Positions 7,532-18,571 are shown, counted from the stretch's first letter. The stretch: 64,000 nucleotides of DNA from Candidatus Giovannonibacteria bacterium (GCA_016432405.1 CP066687.1:42456-106455), one strand, 5' to 3'. The notes: a model not told the origin generated them from the sequence alone. Numbers and translations: made by a program.

Positions 7532-8779
7532 TTATAATCTGGAAAGTTCCTCTCTTGCAACTTCCCTGTCGTCCCACGCTATCTTTGTCCCATTAGGCCC
7601 CATAATCCATGGCTCGGCGCCTTTGCCTGTGATGATTACCGTGTCGCCCGACTCTGCAGATTTTATTGCTTCGCGAATGGCTTCTCTTCTATCCAAAACT
7701 TTCTTGTAGTTTTGGGTTTGGAATTTGTTTAGAAATTTGGAATTAGAAATTAGAAATTGCGAGACGCCTTTTTCAATATCCTCCAAAATAGCCGAAGGCA
7801 GCTCGTCATACGGGTCCTCATTGGTCAAAATAATTTTTTTGCAGAATCTGCCAGCGATTTTCCCCATCTCCGGCCTTTTCCATTTGTCGCGCCCGCCGCC
7901 CGCCGAACCCAAAACGCAGATTAAATTGGGCCGTACGCCGTACGCCGTATGGCTTAAGGCGATATAAACTTTTTCCAGCGCGTCCGGAGTGTGCGCGTAA
8001 TCCACCACCACAGAGAACGGCTTTTTTTGAACAAATTCCAGCCGCCCCGGCACGCCTTCTATTTTCTCCAGCGCGCTTTTTATGGCGCCGAAATCAACTC
8101 CCAAAAGTTTCGCCGCGTGATACGCCGCGACAGCGTTTTCCAGATTGAAATCGCCCAAAAGTTTAAGATGAATCCCCGGCGGCAAATCTTTTTTTGAATA
8201 AATTATGCGGTTTTGGGCGGGAATTTTTAAAAAATAATCAATTGAAGGGTCATCGCCGTTTAAAATATGGATTTTAGCTTTTTTGAAAAGTTCAGCTTTT
8301 GCAGCGCGGTAATTTTCAAAAGTCCCGTGCGACTCTATGTGCTCCGGAGTGACATTGGTCAGGACTGCCATGTAAAAATCAGTCCCGACGTGCCGGAACT
8401 GCTTGATTCCTTCAGAAGTAACTTCAAGCACAGCGTACTCGCAGCCAGCGCTAAGGGCCTCTCTCAAAAATTTTTGCAGTTTGAATCTGCCGGGCATTGT
8501 CATCTTAAGCGTGTTTCTCCACTCCCGCCCGTTTATGCGAAATCTCAAAGACGACGCAGATGCGGTTTTTTCTCCGGCCTCTTCCAAAATAGCCGTGACA
8601 AGATGCACCACTGTGGACTTGCCGTTGGTCCCGGTGACTCCTACGACTTTTAATTTCCGCGATGGGAAATTATACAGCAGAGCCGCTAACCAAGCCAAAC
8701 ACTTGTGATAATGCGGCTGCAATGCCCCAAAAATTTGTTTGGGAATCAATCGCTTGATAAAATTCAAAAGCGCCTCCAT
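7532..8779 (-). CDS. murE: UDP-MurNAc-tripeptide synthetase
   Basis: GVTGTNGKST, LEVTSEG, VVVDYAHTPDAL, ITGKGAE. Confidence 0.9.
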   Translation of the reverse strand: MEALLNFIKRLIPKQIFGALQPHYHKCLAWLAALLYNFPSRKLKVVGVTGTNGKSTVVHLVTAILEEAGEKTASASSLRFRINGREWRNTLKMTMPGRFKLQKFLREALSAGCEYAVLEVTSEGIKQFRHVGTDFYMAVLTNVTPEHIESHGTFENYRAAKAELFKKAKIHILNGDDPSIDYFLKIPAQNRIIYSKKDLPPGIHLKLLGDFNLENAVAAYHAAKLLGVDFGAIKSALEKIEGVPGRLEFVQKKPFSVVVDYAHTPDALEKVYIALSHTAYGVRPNLICVLGSAGGGRDKWKRPEMGKIAGRFCKKIILTNEDPYDELPSAILEDIEKGVSQFLISNSKFLNKFQTQNYKKVLDRREAIREAIKSAESGDTVIITGKGAEPWIMGPNGTKIAWDDREVAREELSRL

Positions 8780-8788
8780 TCTATTTTT

Positions 8789-9358
8789 CTATTTTCCTAA
8801 CATTTTCAGAGCTTCTTTTAACCTTTTTTCGCGGCCCTGGATGCTCGCCGGAATTTTTTGAAGCATTTCACGGGCTTCGCGCTGGGAATACCCCAGGGCT
8901 TCCAGCGCGTCCAAAATATCAGTATCTTCTTTAAATTCTTCCCCGCCTAATGAAACTTTTCCGAATCCCATTTTGTCTTTCAATTCCAAGACAATTTTTT
9001 CAGCTGTCTTTCTGCCGATGCCGGAAATCTTTGTCAGATAAGATGTATCTCCGGACGCAATCGCGCGTTTTATTGTGTCTACCGGCGCCAAAGCAAGCAC
9101 GCCCAAGGCCGACTTTGGGCCGATGCCCGAGATCGAAATCAAAGATTCAAAAAACTCCAGCTCGGCTTGGTGCGAAAATCCGTAAAGCTCAAGCGCGTCT
9201 TCTTTTACGTGAAGATGGGTCCAGAACTTGGCATTTTCATTTACGGAAATTTTATTCGCGGGCGCCGGCACAAAAATTTTATAACCAACTCCACCGACAT
9301 CCAAAACAACATGCCGCTCTCCCTTAAACAAAACCTTGCCTTCTAAGTGTCCAATCAT
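8789..9358 (-). CDS. ruvA: Holliday junction branch migration protein RuvA
   Basis: [41 protein letters not shown]. Confidence 0.95.
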   Translation of the reverse strand: MIGHLEGKVLFKGERHVVLDVGGVGYKIFVPAPANKISVNENAKFWTHLHVKEDALELYGFSHQAELEFFESLISISGIGPKSALGVLALAPVDTIKRAIASGDTSYLTKISGIGRKTAEKIVLELKDKMGFGKVSLGGEEFKEDTDILDALEALGYSQREAREMLQKIPASIQGREKRLKEALKMLGK

Positions 9359-9378
9359 TACTATTACTATACTACAAA

Positions 9379-11433
9379 ATGACCTTATTTAAACTTCACG
9401 AGCCCTATAAACCGGCTGGAGATCAGCCAAGAGCGATTAGTGAATTGACCCGGCTTTTGAAATCTAACAACCGGCACCAAACTCTGCTTGGCGTCACCGG
9501 CTCGGGAAAAACTTTTACGATGGCGAATGTCATCGCGAATTTAGGCCGTCCGGCTTTGGTGATTTCGCACAATAAAACTTTGGCCGCCCAGCTTTATCAG
9601 GAATTTAAAACTTTTTTCCCAAAAAACGCCGTGCATTATTTCGTTTCCTACTACGATTACTACCAGCCGGAAGCATACATCCCGCAGACGGACACTTATA
9701 TAGAAAAGGATGCAAAGATAAACGATTTCATTGACGCGATGCGCCACGCGACTACCGCCACGGCTCTTACGCGCAGGGATTTCGTGATTGTCGCCTCCGT
9801 TTCCTGCATCTACGGCATCGGCGACCCATCTGAATACGAAAAGGCGGCGCTTGAGGTAAAAGAGGGTATGCAGATTTCGCAGCGCGCTTTTTTGAAAAAA
9901 TTAGTTGAAATGCAATACGAAAGAAATAATTATGATAGGCTTGCCCCGCCATCGGCGGGGCAAGCCGGAGTTTTCAAAGTGCGCGGGGAAGCGGTGGAAA
10001 TTTTTTCTCCGGCCGGAAACTCGATAATTCGGATTGAGTGGAATGGGAACACTATAGAAAAAATAAGCGGGGGCGGAAAAATTTTCCCCGCAAAACATTT
10101 CGTGACTCCGCAGGAAAAATTGGAGCTCGCGCTGGCTAACATAAAACTTGAACTGAAAACCAGAACCGCGGAGCTCAAAAAAGAAGGAAAATTATTGGAA
10201 GCCCAAAGAATCACCCAGCGCACTAATTTTGATTTAAAAATGCTCCGCGAGACCGGCTACACGCACGGAATAGAAAACTACTCGCGTCAGCTCGCATTTA
10301 GAAAAGCAGGAGAGCCGCCGGCCACTTTGCTGGACTACCTGCCTGCCGGCAAGGCGGGTTTACCGGATGATTTCGTAACTTTTATTGATGAATCGCATAT
10401 GTCTATCCCCCAAATCCGCGGAATGTACAGCGGGGACCGCGCGAGAAAACAGGTTTTGGTTGATTACGGCTTCCGCCTGCCGTCGGCAATAGATAATCGG
10501 CCATTAAAGTTTGAAGAGTTTAATCAAAAAATCAGGCAGGTTGTTTATGTTTCCGCGACTCCAGCGCCCTACGAACTGAATCTCTCGTGTCAAAGAGAAA
10601 GCAACCTCTCCCCCGGTCTTCTCTCCTTCGCAAATTCGTATCATTCGCATACCGATTCGCAACATTCGTGTTATATCATTGAACAAATCATCCGCCCGAC
10701 CGGGCTTTTGGACCCGCGCCTTGAAATCCGCGGCACGGCAAACCAGATGAAGAACGTTGTGTCAGAAATAGAAAAGCGGGCGAGCCGCAAAGAAAGAGTT
10801 CTGGTTACCACTCTCACCAAACGCATGGCCGAAGACTTGGCGGATTATTTGAAAGAAAAACCCGCCTCGCCAGCAGGCAGGAATATTAAAGCCGAATATC
10901 TTCATTCGGATATAAAAACTTTGGAACGGCACAAAATTTTAAGAGATTTGCGGAAGGGCGTCTACGACGTGATTGTCGGGATAAATCTTTTAAGAGAAGG
11001 CATTGATCTGCCGGAGGTGTCTTTGGTAATAATTTTAGACGCCGACAAAGAGGGGTTTTTGAGGAACGCCCAAACTTTAATCCAAACCATCGGCCGCGCC
11101 GCGAGGCACACCCAAGGAACAGTAATAATGTACGCGGACACGACGACCGATTCAATGAAAAAAGCGCTGGAGGAAACCGGGCGCAGAAGAAAAATTCAGG
11201 AAGAGTACAACAAAAAACATGGCCTGACGCCGCAGCCCATTCAGCGTCAAATCGGCGAGAACATATTCGGCGCAGAATCAGCAGTTAAAAAATTTGATTT
11301 AACAAAAATGTCCAAACAAATGTCCCGCGAAAAACTAAAGCAGGAACTGGAAGAAGAAATGCTGGAAGCCGCCAAAAATCTGGACTTCGAAAAAGCCGCC
11401 GAACTGCGCGACTTGATTAAAACAATCAAATAA
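9379..11433 (+). CDS. uvrB: Excinuclease ABC subunit B
   Basis: [37 protein letters not shown]-terminal UVR domain. Confidence 0.97.
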   Translation: MTLFKLHEPYKPAGDQPRAISELTRLLKSNNRHQTLLGVTGSGKTFTMANVIANLGRPALVISHNKTLAAQLYQEFKTFFPKNAVHYFVSYYDYYQPEAYIPQTDTYIEKDAKINDFIDAMRHATTATALTRRDFVIVASVSCIYGIGDPSEYEKAALEVKEGMQISQRAFLKKLVEMQYERNNYDRLAPPSAGQAGVFKVRGEAVEIFSPAGNSIIRIEWNGNTIEKISGGGKIFPAKHFVTPQEKLELALANIKLELKTRTAELKKEGKLLEAQRITQRTNFDLKMLRETGYTHGIENYSRQLAFRKAGEPPATLLDYLPAGKAGLPDDFVTFIDESHMSIPQIRGMYSGDRARKQVLVDYGFRLPSAIDNRPLKFEEFNQKIRQVVYVSATPAPYELNLSCQRESNLSPGLLSFANSYHSHTDSQHSCYIIEQIIRPTGLLDPRLEIRGTANQMKNVVSEIEKRASRKERVLVTTLTKRMAEDLADYLKEKPASPAGRNIKAEYLHSDIKTLERHKILRDLRKGVYDVIVGINLLREGIDLPEVSLVIILDADKEGFLRNAQTLIQTIGRAARHTQGTVIMYADTTTDSMKKALEETGRRRKIQEEYNKKHGLTPQPIQRQIGENIFGAESAVKKFDLTKMSKQMSREKLKQELEEEMLEAAKNLDFEKAAELRDLIKTIK

Positions 11434-11447
11434 ATTAAACTCCTACT

Positions 11448-11681
11448 ATGCCAATAACTTCATCAGCCAAAAAAGCGTTGAGGCAATCCGGCCGGAGGCG
11501 GGAAAGAAATTTGGTTTGGAAAGCCAAATTAAAAAGCGCCGTCAAAACAGCCGAGAAAGACAAGTCGGCGGAATCGCTGCGCCTTGCCTACAAAGCCATA
11601 GATAAATCCGCCAAAAAGGGCCTCACCAAAAAAAACAAAGCCGCAAGGATGAAATCCAGGCTCGCGAAACTGGTCAAATAA
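11448..11681 (+). CDS. rpsT: 30S ribosomal protein S20
   Basis: MPITSSAKKALRQS...IDKSAKKG...KNKAARMKSRL. Confidence 0.93.
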   Translation: MPITSSAKKALRQSGRRRERNLVWKAKLKSAVKTAEKDKSAESLRLAYKAIDKSAKKGLTKKNKAARMKSRLAKLVK

Positions 11682-11714
11682 AAATTTTTCATAACCCCTG
11701 CTTCGCCGGTTATT

Positions 11715-12587
11715 TCATTTATTCATCGAAAAAATAAGCCGCTCCAAAATCTCGTAAGAGTTTTTTGGGTCCCTTCGCATGGCGGATTCGGCTTGGATGC
11801 CCTTGAAATACGCATCGGCCATCTTTTTTTGTTTTATTTTCCAAAGTAAAGGATAAATAAGCCGTTGCAAATCCTGCCCCGAGGCCTCCGCCTCTTTAAG
11901 AGCCAAAAGCGCGCGCGACAACGGCGCCGAGACAAGTTTTTCAACAAAAAGGAATGGGCTTGCCTTGGCACCAAGTTTTGCAAGGACACGCATATCCACC
12001 TGCTGGCGGATTGCTCTGCTCGCGCCGTCGCGCTGCGCAAGGTCTTGCAAAACTTGTGCCTTCGGCGGTTCGCTCAAACTCATCTTCTCCAACTCATTCT
12101 CCAGCGCCCACTCCGCTTCCCTCCCCGCCCCGGAAACCATCGTTATTTTTCCTTCCCTGCCAAGTTTTACTCCCAGCTCTTTTGCCCGGCGGGCAAGCCA
12201 CGCCTCCAAACCTGCTTTTTCCAAAATTTTCATCTCCTGAATCTTTTCCGCGTATTTTTTAAAAAACGCCAGCGCCTGTTTTTCCGGCTCACGCTCCCAA
12301 AAAACAAAAATGTTTCCGGATTCTTTTAAAAACTTTCCGTTTTCTTGAAGAATTTTAAGCATTCCTCCGTCAGCGCCCGAAATATTTTTAAATATGACCA
12401 GCCGCGCGCGGGAAAAAAGACTCTCCTGCCCAAGGGCGGAGTAGAGGTCAGAAGCATTAATTTCCGAGCTTTCGCCGTCAAATTCCTCAAGCGGCAAATT
12501 GCCGCGTTTCTTTAAAAACGCCGCCTTAAATTCCCTTATCTTGCGGAGTGCCTGATAGGAATTTGGCCCGAAAAGAAAATAAATCAT
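11715..12587 (-). CDS. holA: DNA polymerase III delta subunit (divergent)
   Basis: MIYFLFGPN, SLFSRARLVIFK, LENELEKM; adjacent to rpsT. Confidence 0.75.
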   Translation of the reverse strand: MIYFLFGPNSYQALRKIREFKAAFLKKRGNLPLEEFDGESSEINASDLYSALGQESLFSRARLVIFKNISGADGGMLKILQENGKFLKESGNIFVFWEREPEKQALAFFKKYAEKIQEMKILEKAGLEAWLARRAKELGVKLGREGKITMVSGAGREAEWALENELEKMSLSEPPKAQVLQDLAQRDGASRAIRQQVDMRVLAKLGAKASPFLFVEKLVSAPLSRALLALKEAEASGQDLQRLIYPLLWKIKQKKMADAYFKGIQAESAMRRDPKNSYEILERLIFSMNK

Positions 12588-12589
12588 TG

Positions 12590-13546
12590 TTATTCAACAA
12601 AAATATTTTCTTTGGGCGGCTCCGGAATGAGATTCAATTCAAAGGCCTTTTTTACAAGAGCGTTATGCTCTTCCGGCAACCAGGCAAGGGGATAAATTGC
12701 CGGCAGGCGCTCCTTCATCAGGTTGATTTCTTCGGGCCGCTCAAGTCCCAAAATGCCTTTATACTCTTCTATTAACTGCGTGTTTTTCCGAATGAAGATT
12801 GCCGCTTCCAAAACGGCTTCTCTTAAACGTTTAACTTTATTCGGATTCTGCGAAATCCAGTCTGCGTGGGCCGCCAAATCCACGAATGGTATGACGGCAG
12901 AGCTGGTAATGCCACCCCACTCCCTGCTCAAATTGACTACTTCCCTATAATTGCCGGTTGCCAAAAACCGCGCAGTGGCAACCGCGTTTAAAAACGCGGC
13001 CTCTACTTCTCCGTTTGCCAGACGTTGCTCATTTTGCGGAAACGAGCCGAAAACGAGCTTAAAATCGCGCTCCAAATCCAACCCAAGCGTTTTCATCCCC
13101 ACGGCATGCATAGTGTAAGACGCGCTTCCTTTGGGATGCATGGCAACTCTTGCTCCTTTAAGGTCCTCAAATTTATAGTAGGGAGACGCGGCTTTCACCA
13201 CCAAGGCCTGGTTGGTTTGATAGGTAGACACAAACGCGCGCAGCTTTATGTTTTTAGCTTGATTGGTAATTGCAATTGACAGCGGATTTATGGTGCCGAC
13301 CTCAACCCCGTCTACTTTTTCAATCAGGCGACGCTCGGCTTCGGATGGAGGAGAAAAAAGAACGTCCAATTTCAATCCATGTTTCTCTGCAATCCCTTTG
13401 TCCTGTAATACTGCCAGTAAAAATTTCAGGTTTTCGGCGTCCGCAAAACTAATTTTAACGGTTTCAACATTATTTAAATCCCACCAGTACCAGCCGGCGA
13501 ATGCCGCGGCAACTACGATTGCCAAGATAATGATTTTTGTAAACAT
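12590..13546 (-). CDS. NitT/TauT (SsuA-like) substrate-binding protein
   Basis: TM anchor, EKHGLKL, FEDLKGARVA, LANGEVEAA, WISQNPNKV. Confidence 0.8.
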   Translation of the reverse strand: MFTKIIILAIVVAAAFAGWYWWDLNNVETVKISFADAENLKFLLAVLQDKGIAEKHGLKLDVLFSPPSEAERRLIEKVDGVEVGTINPLSIAITNQAKNIKLRAFVSTYQTNQALVVKAASPYYKFEDLKGARVAMHPKGSASYTMHAVGMKTLGLDLERDFKLVFGSFPQNEQRLANGEVEAAFLNAVATARFLATGNYREVVNLSREWGGITSSAVIPFVDLAAHADWISQNPNKVKRLREAVLEAAIFIRKNTQLIEEYKGILGLERPEEINLMKERLPAIYPLAWLPEEHNALVKKAFELNLIPEPPKENIFVE

Positions 13547-13547
13547 T

Positions 13548-14381
13548 CTAAAAATACTTCTTTTTTAAAATGACCTTTATTTTGGAAATTATTTCCCCCG
13601 GAGTGAAATGGGCTTTGACCATGAAATCCTCCGCCCCGCCAGAGACGGCCCGGTCCATGTCTTCCTTTTGCCCGAGATTTGAAAGTACGATTATCGGTAT
13701 TGAAGAAGTGTTTTGGTCGCTCTTCATGCGGCGCAACACTTCAAAACCGTCCATGCCGGGCAAAATAAGGTCAAGCAAAATCAGGTCCGGGCGGTGTTCT
13801 TTGGCCATCTTCAGCCCTTCTTCGCCGTCAATCGCCTCAAATGTGGCAAAACCTTCTTTCCGGAGCTTCTGAACGATTAAATCTCTTAAAAACTTGTCGT
13901 CCTCAACCGCCAGAATTTTGACTTTTCCGGATTGCGCCTTTCTGTTTGTCCCTTGCGGGGGCGCTTCCGTTGGTGCAGCTTGCGCTTGATAACTGTTTTT
14001 CTTTTGCTCGCTAGGCACGCCCAGTACCTTTTCCACTTTATCCAAAACGTCCGCCGGGTTGAACTCCGCCTTAACCAAATAGTCTCTCGCGCCGAGTTTC
14101 AGCGCTTTATCCACCTCAACCGGCTGGCCGGAATTTGACACAATTATAATCGGGGTGGTTATTTTATCGTTTTTTAAACGCTCCAAAACCTGAAAGCCGT
14201 CCATCTTCGGCAAAATTATGTCCAAAAGCGCCAAATCCGGTTTCTCCTCTTTAATCATGCGATAGCCCGCCTCGCCGTCGGTTGCGACCGAAACCCGGTA
14301 GCCCTCGTATTCCAGCTTGGCTTTCATTACATTCAAATGAACCGGCTCGTCTTCTATAATTAATACCTTATAGTCGGCCAT
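13548..14381 (-). CDS. Response regulator with two tandem receiver domains, no output domain
   Basis: Two copies of EDD/E...PDLxLLDxILPxMDG...SN...K joined by a low-complexity linker. Confidence 0.9.
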   Translation of the reverse strand: MADYKVLIIEDEPVHLNVMKAKLEYEGYRVSVATDGEAGYRMIKEEKPDLALLDIILPKMDGFQVLERLKNDKITTPIIIVSNSGQPVEVDKALKLGARDYLVKAEFNPADVLDKVEKVLGVPSEQKKNSYQAQAAPTEAPPQGTNRKAQSGKVKILAVEDDKFLRDLIVQKLRKEGFATFEAIDGEEGLKMAKEHRPDLILLDLILPGMDGFEVLRRMKSDQNTSSIPIIVLSNLGQKEDMDRAVSGGAEDFMVKAHFTPGEIISKIKVILKKKYF

Positions 14382-14399
14382 AAGCGGATTATACCATAC

Positions 14400-16499
14400 T
14401 TAAATCGTTTCCAAAAACTCCTCCAGAGGCGGGCTTTCTTCCGCAGGCACCAGTTCTTTTTTGAGAGGAAGGGTGAAAGTAAAAACCGTGCCGCCGTTCT
14501 CTTTAGAGTTAAAAGTTGTGTCGCCGCCGTGGCGCTTTATAATATTACGCACGATAAAAAGGCCTAGCCCGGTGCCCTCGGTTTCCATTTTAATCACATT
14601 GGAAGCGCGGAAAAATTTGGAAAAAACCCTTTTTTGCTCCGAGAGAGGTATGCCCACTCCAGTGTCGGAGATGCTTATCACCGCGTAGTTGCTCGCTTTC
14701 TCAATCCTCACCAAAACCTCGCCGCCAGCCGCGGTATATTTAATTGCGTTGTCCAGCAGATTATTAATCGCCAAAGACAATTTTTCCGAATCGGCGTAAA
14801 TCTGCGGCAGAGCTCCGTCTATTTTCTCAAACTTCAGATTTACGGATTTCCTTTTTGCCAAATCTATATATCCCCGGATAGCGCTCTCAAGGAATTTATC
14901 CAAGTCAATTTCCTTAAAGTCGTACCCAAATTTTCCTTCCTCTATGCGGGCGGCGTTCAGAAGGTCGTTGACCAGTTTAATCATTCTCTCGTTGATCTCG
15001 TAGCCCTTGGAGAGAAAATTGGACTGTTCCTGGGAAAGCGCGCCGGCGTCCCCGTCCAAGAGCAAGCGCAGCGTCCATTTGATTGCCGACAAAGGCGTGC
15101 GCAGCTGATGCGCGGCAACTGAGACAAATTCGGACTTAATCCGGCCCAAAAGTCTTTCGCGCGAAACGTCGTGCAAAATTTTGAGAAACCCGCGGACGTT
15201 TCCGGCCCGGTCAACGACGTGGGTCATGGTCACCAGCAACTTCAGCTCCGGCACGGAGGTGTGAATTTCCATGGTTTTTGCGGATGGGGTGCCAGGGATG
15301 GGCTTGACCCCGGAAGCGTAAGGCGCTGAAGCCGGATACATCAGCTCCACCAGCCCCTTAAATTTCTCGTTGGTCTTGGTAAATTCCGGAGTTATGGACG
15401 CGCCGCTGATATCCGCAAGCTTAATGCCAAGAAGCTCCTCGGCTTTCGGATTCATTAAAACAACTTGTGATTTGTCGTTGTATTCTATGACGCCGTCGGA
15501 AAGACTGTTTAAAATCGCCTCGCGCTGGTTGCGCTCGGCATAGAAAAGGGTCGCCGTTCTTATTAAATTGAAATAATTCCAAACCAAAAGCAAAAGAAGT
15601 AAAATCTCCAGCCCGAAAGAAACTATTGCCGCCGAAAGTATGCGCCGGGAAGAAGATAGGGCCTGCGACCTTAAATTTTCGGCCACTATGGCCCAGCCGG
15701 TCAGCTCAAATGGCAGCGCCACGGCAAAAACCTCTTCGTTTTGCTCGTTTAAGTAAATCAAATCGCCGGAGCGCGTATCCGCCTCGCGACCTCCCAGAGC
15801 GCTCAAAACCAGCTTCCTCTGCAGAACGTTGGTTCTGCCAAAAACCAAAGACGAGTTTGGGTGCGCTATGATGTATCCGTCGCGGTCCACCACGTAAGCG
15901 GCCTCTCCTCCCAGCGAAGAGCCGGCGCTTGCCCCGCGCACAACATCCAAGAGGAATTTCAGGTTGACTTCGGCAACCAGCGCGGAATACCCAGATTTTC
16001 TATCCAGCGGGACCGCTATTGTAATCAGCGGCTCCGAAGCACCGGATATTAAAACCGGACTGCGGTAAATCTCCCCGCGCGAAACCGCCAAAAATAGCTC
16101 ATCAACCGAACGGTCCCTGAAATCAGACGGCGTGATAAGAAGAAATCTATGGCTTTTCGCCTTTTCTTTCCCGTCCAGCCCCAGAATACTCACGGATTCA
16201 AACGGCTGGTTTTCCTTCATCAGCCGCGAGATAAGTTCCTGCCTTGAGGAGCCGCTCTGGCTAATGATGTCCGCGGCGTTTTTCAAAGCATTTTCGTGGC
16301 GCTCCAGAGAAACGCCGATTTGATTTCTTACGTCAACCGCTATCGCGCGGTGCAGGGCGTACGCGCCGTTATCCAATTCGCGCAATGTCGGAAAAAGCCA
16401 GGCCACGTTCGCCGCGATCAGCGCGAAAACCGCGATGCCTCCCAACGCCCAAAGCTGGAATCTGCGTCCTAAAAAAAATTCGTTTAAGCTATCCTGCAT
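14400..16499 (-). CDS. Sensor histidine kinase (dCache-PAS-HisKA-HATPase)
   Basis: YVVDRDGYIIAHP (Cache), EAILNSLSDGVI (PAS), AAHQLRTPL, NLLDNAIKY, GTGLGL. Confidence 0.93.
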   Translation of the reverse strand: MQDSLNEFFLGRRFQLWALGGIAVFALIAANVAWLFPTLRELDNGAYALHRAIAVDVRNQIGVSLERHENALKNAADIISQSGSSRQELISRLMKENQPFESVSILGLDGKEKAKSHRFLLITPSDFRDRSVDELFLAVSRGEIYRSPVLISGASEPLITIAVPLDRKSGYSALVAEVNLKFLLDVVRGASAGSSLGGEAAYVVDRDGYIIAHPNSSLVFGRTNVLQRKLVLSALGGREADTRSGDLIYLNEQNEEVFAVALPFELTGWAIVAENLRSQALSSSRRILSAAIVSFGLEILLLLLLVWNYFNLIRTATLFYAERNQREAILNSLSDGVIEYNDKSQVVLMNPKAEELLGIKLADISGASITPEFTKTNEKFKGLVELMYPASAPYASGVKPIPGTPSAKTMEIHTSVPELKLLVTMTHVVDRAGNVRGFLKILHDVSRERLLGRIKSEFVSVAAHQLRTPLSAIKWTLRLLLDGDAGALSQEQSNFLSKGYEINERMIKLVNDLLNAARIEEGKFGYDFKEIDLDKFLESAIRGYIDLAKRKSVNLKFEKIDGALPQIYADSEKLSLAINNLLDNAIKYTAAGGEVLVRIEKASNYAVISISDTGVGIPLSEQKRVFSKFFRASNVIKMETEGTGLGLFIVRNIIKRHGGDTTFNSKENGGTVFTFTLPLKKELVPAEESPPLEEFLETI

Positions 16500-16503
16500 T
16501 AAT

Positions 16504-17511
16504 TCACTCGTTATAAACCTTGCTGGCCTGAAGGAGCAAGGATTCAGGGATTTTTATACCCATCTCCCCAGCAAGCGCGGCGTTTATCTCAAAAGTCAGA
16601 GTTGACGCAAATTCCACCGGGATATCTCCGGGTTTTTCGCCCCCCAAAACCTTGCTTATCATCCTCGCCCCTTGTCTGCCGACATCGTATCTGGAGGCGC
16701 CGTAAACCATAAGATAGCCGGAGCCAACGCCGCGCTCAACGTTGAAATCTATAGACGCGATTTTGGTTTTGCGGAGTGACGGAGCGATTAAATCCGAATT
16801 GCCGGAAATAGTCGCTTCCGAAGTGGTCATAACCGCGTCCGGGCGATCCTTAACTAAACGCGCCATGGCAGGGGCGACTTCTTCTTTTTTTGTCATCTCA
16901 TACCACAGGACCTTTATCCCAAGTTTTTTTGCCCCGTCTTCGTGGGCTTTGATGATTTCGTCATAGCTGACGTGCTTGGGGTTTACCAACACGCCGATTG
17001 TTTTAAGAGCCGGGTTGAGAGTTTTTAAAATCTCCATCCTTTTCGGCGCGATTGCAACATTGTCAACTATTACGCCGGTCATAAATCCTCCGGGATGCTG
17101 GACGTTTTCAATCCCCAGCTCTTTAAAATTGCCGACATCCACGGCTACGACGGGGATTTTGGCGTCTTTATTCGCTTCCTTTATCGCCGATGAGGCGCTG
17201 GTGGAAACCGAGACAATCAAATCCGGCTCGGAATTCACAATCTCCCGCGCCATCTTCGTAGTCAAATTTCTATCACCTTTCGGATTTTTCAACTCAATAA
17301 TAAAATCCCTGCCCTCAACCAAATTTAATTCTTTAAACCCGGCCTTAATGCCGTCAACGGCGGCAAGCTGGAGATCGGACGCCGTAAGCATTGCTACGCG
17401 TTTCGGTGCTTGTCGGCCGTTTCTGAGCAAAGGAGGAGAGACGAAAAAAACAAACGCGGCAACGATTAAAAGTATTAAAACTACAACCCAAAAAAACTTT
17501 TTGTTACCCAT
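16504..17511 (-). CDS. ABC_sub_bind family substrate-binding protein
   Basis: PDLIVSVST, PGGFMTG, GEKPGDIPVE, EINAALAGEMGIKIPESLLLQA. Confidence 0.85.
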   Translation of the reverse strand: MGNKKFFWVVVLILLIVAAFVFFVSPPLLRNGRQAPKRVAMLTASDLQLAAVDGIKAGFKELNLVEGRDFIIELKNPKGDRNLTTKMAREIVNSEPDLIVSVSTSASSAIKEANKDAKIPVVAVDVGNFKELGIENVQHPGGFMTGVIVDNVAIAPKRMEILKTLNPALKTIGVLVNPKHVSYDEIIKAHEDGAKKLGIKVLWYEMTKKEEVAPAMARLVKDRPDAVMTTSEATISGNSDLIAPSLRKTKIASIDFNVERGVGSGYLMVYGASRYDVGRQGARMISKVLGGEKPGDIPVEFASTLTFEINAALAGEMGIKIPESLLLQASKVYNE

Positions 17512-17542
17512 GCCCACATTATATCACCCATCTAATAAATTG

Positions 17543-18571
17543 TTATTGGTAAATTTTGCTTGCCAGCAATTTAACTGAATCTGGGATTTTAATGCCGACT
17601 GCTTCTGCGGTTTTAAGATTAAGCTCCAATACAACATCTTTGGCGAACCAAACTGAGATTTGAGAAATCGGCACGCCCTTTAAAATTTTATCCACCAAAA
17701 CCGCACCCGTCCTCCCGCTTTCGGCGCGATCGTCGCTATAAGTCGCCGTAAAACCCAAATTGGCTCCCGCGCTGATTTCCGAACTAATGGAAGGCAGACC
17801 CGCATTTAATAGTTGGGCGGCCAGTGGTTTGGCAAGCCGCTCAATATCATTGCTTTTACAAGGGCAGGTTATATAGGCATCGCCTAATTTTTTTGTAAGC
17901 AAGGGCAGTTTTTGCAAAATCTCATCAGGCGTTTTTGTGTCTATATCAATATAAACCATCTCTACGCCGATCTTTTTAGACACCTCTGCCAATTTTTCCT
18001 TAAAAAGTTTTTCGTTGGTGGATTCTTTTTCCACAACCGAGATTACTTTTTTCATATTAGGTACCAGCTCTTTTAAAAACTCCAATCTTTTACCGACAAA
18101 TTCTACTGTTCCCTCTCCTATGCCGGTAATGAAACTTTCGGGAGACTGCAGGTTTTGCACAAAATCGCGAGGATTGCCTGCGGCCAAAAAGAAGACTTTT
18201 GTTTTAAGCTGTCCTTCGTCCTGTAATTTTTTCAACGCTCTTGCGGCGGATGTGGAGCCAATAATTATAACGTCAAGCCCGGTATCGTTCAGTTCTTTCG
18301 CGTATTGCAATATAAGATTATTGTCTCCGCCCCCGTTTTTCTCTACATAAACCAAATTCTCGTCAATCTTATAGCCCAAATCCTCCATGCGCTCCTTGAA
18401 TCCTTTGATGTTGTCGCTTTGGACGTCTTTACTGGTAAGCAAAAACCCTATTTTATAAATTCTTGGCGGCGGCAGAGGGCGGAACACTTTTGAAAAATAA
18501 TTCCAGCTAAAATAGCCTCCCAGCAAAATAATAACTATAAGGGTTGTGATTATCGCTTGGCGAAACGACAT
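17543..18571 (-). CDS. ABC_sub_bind family substrate-binding protein
   Basis: KRLEFLKELVP, VDKILKG, LNLKTAEAVGIKIPDSV. Confidence 0.85.
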   Translation of the reverse strand: MSFRQAIITTLIVIILLGGYFSWNYFSKVFRPLPPPRIYKIGFLLTSKDVQSDNIKGFKERMEDLGYKIDENLVYVEKNGGGDNNLILQYAKELNDTGLDVIIIGSTSAARALKKLQDEGQLKTKVFFLAAGNPRDFVQNLQSPESFITGIGEGTVEFVGKRLEFLKELVPNMKKVISVVEKESTNEKLFKEKLAEVSKKIGVEMVYIDIDTKTPDEILQKLPLLTKKLGDAYITCPCKSNDIERLAKPLAAQLLNAGLPSISSEISAGANLGFTATYSDDRAESGRTGAVLVDKILKGVPISQISVWFAKDVVLELNLKTAEAVGIKIPDSVKLLASKIYQ

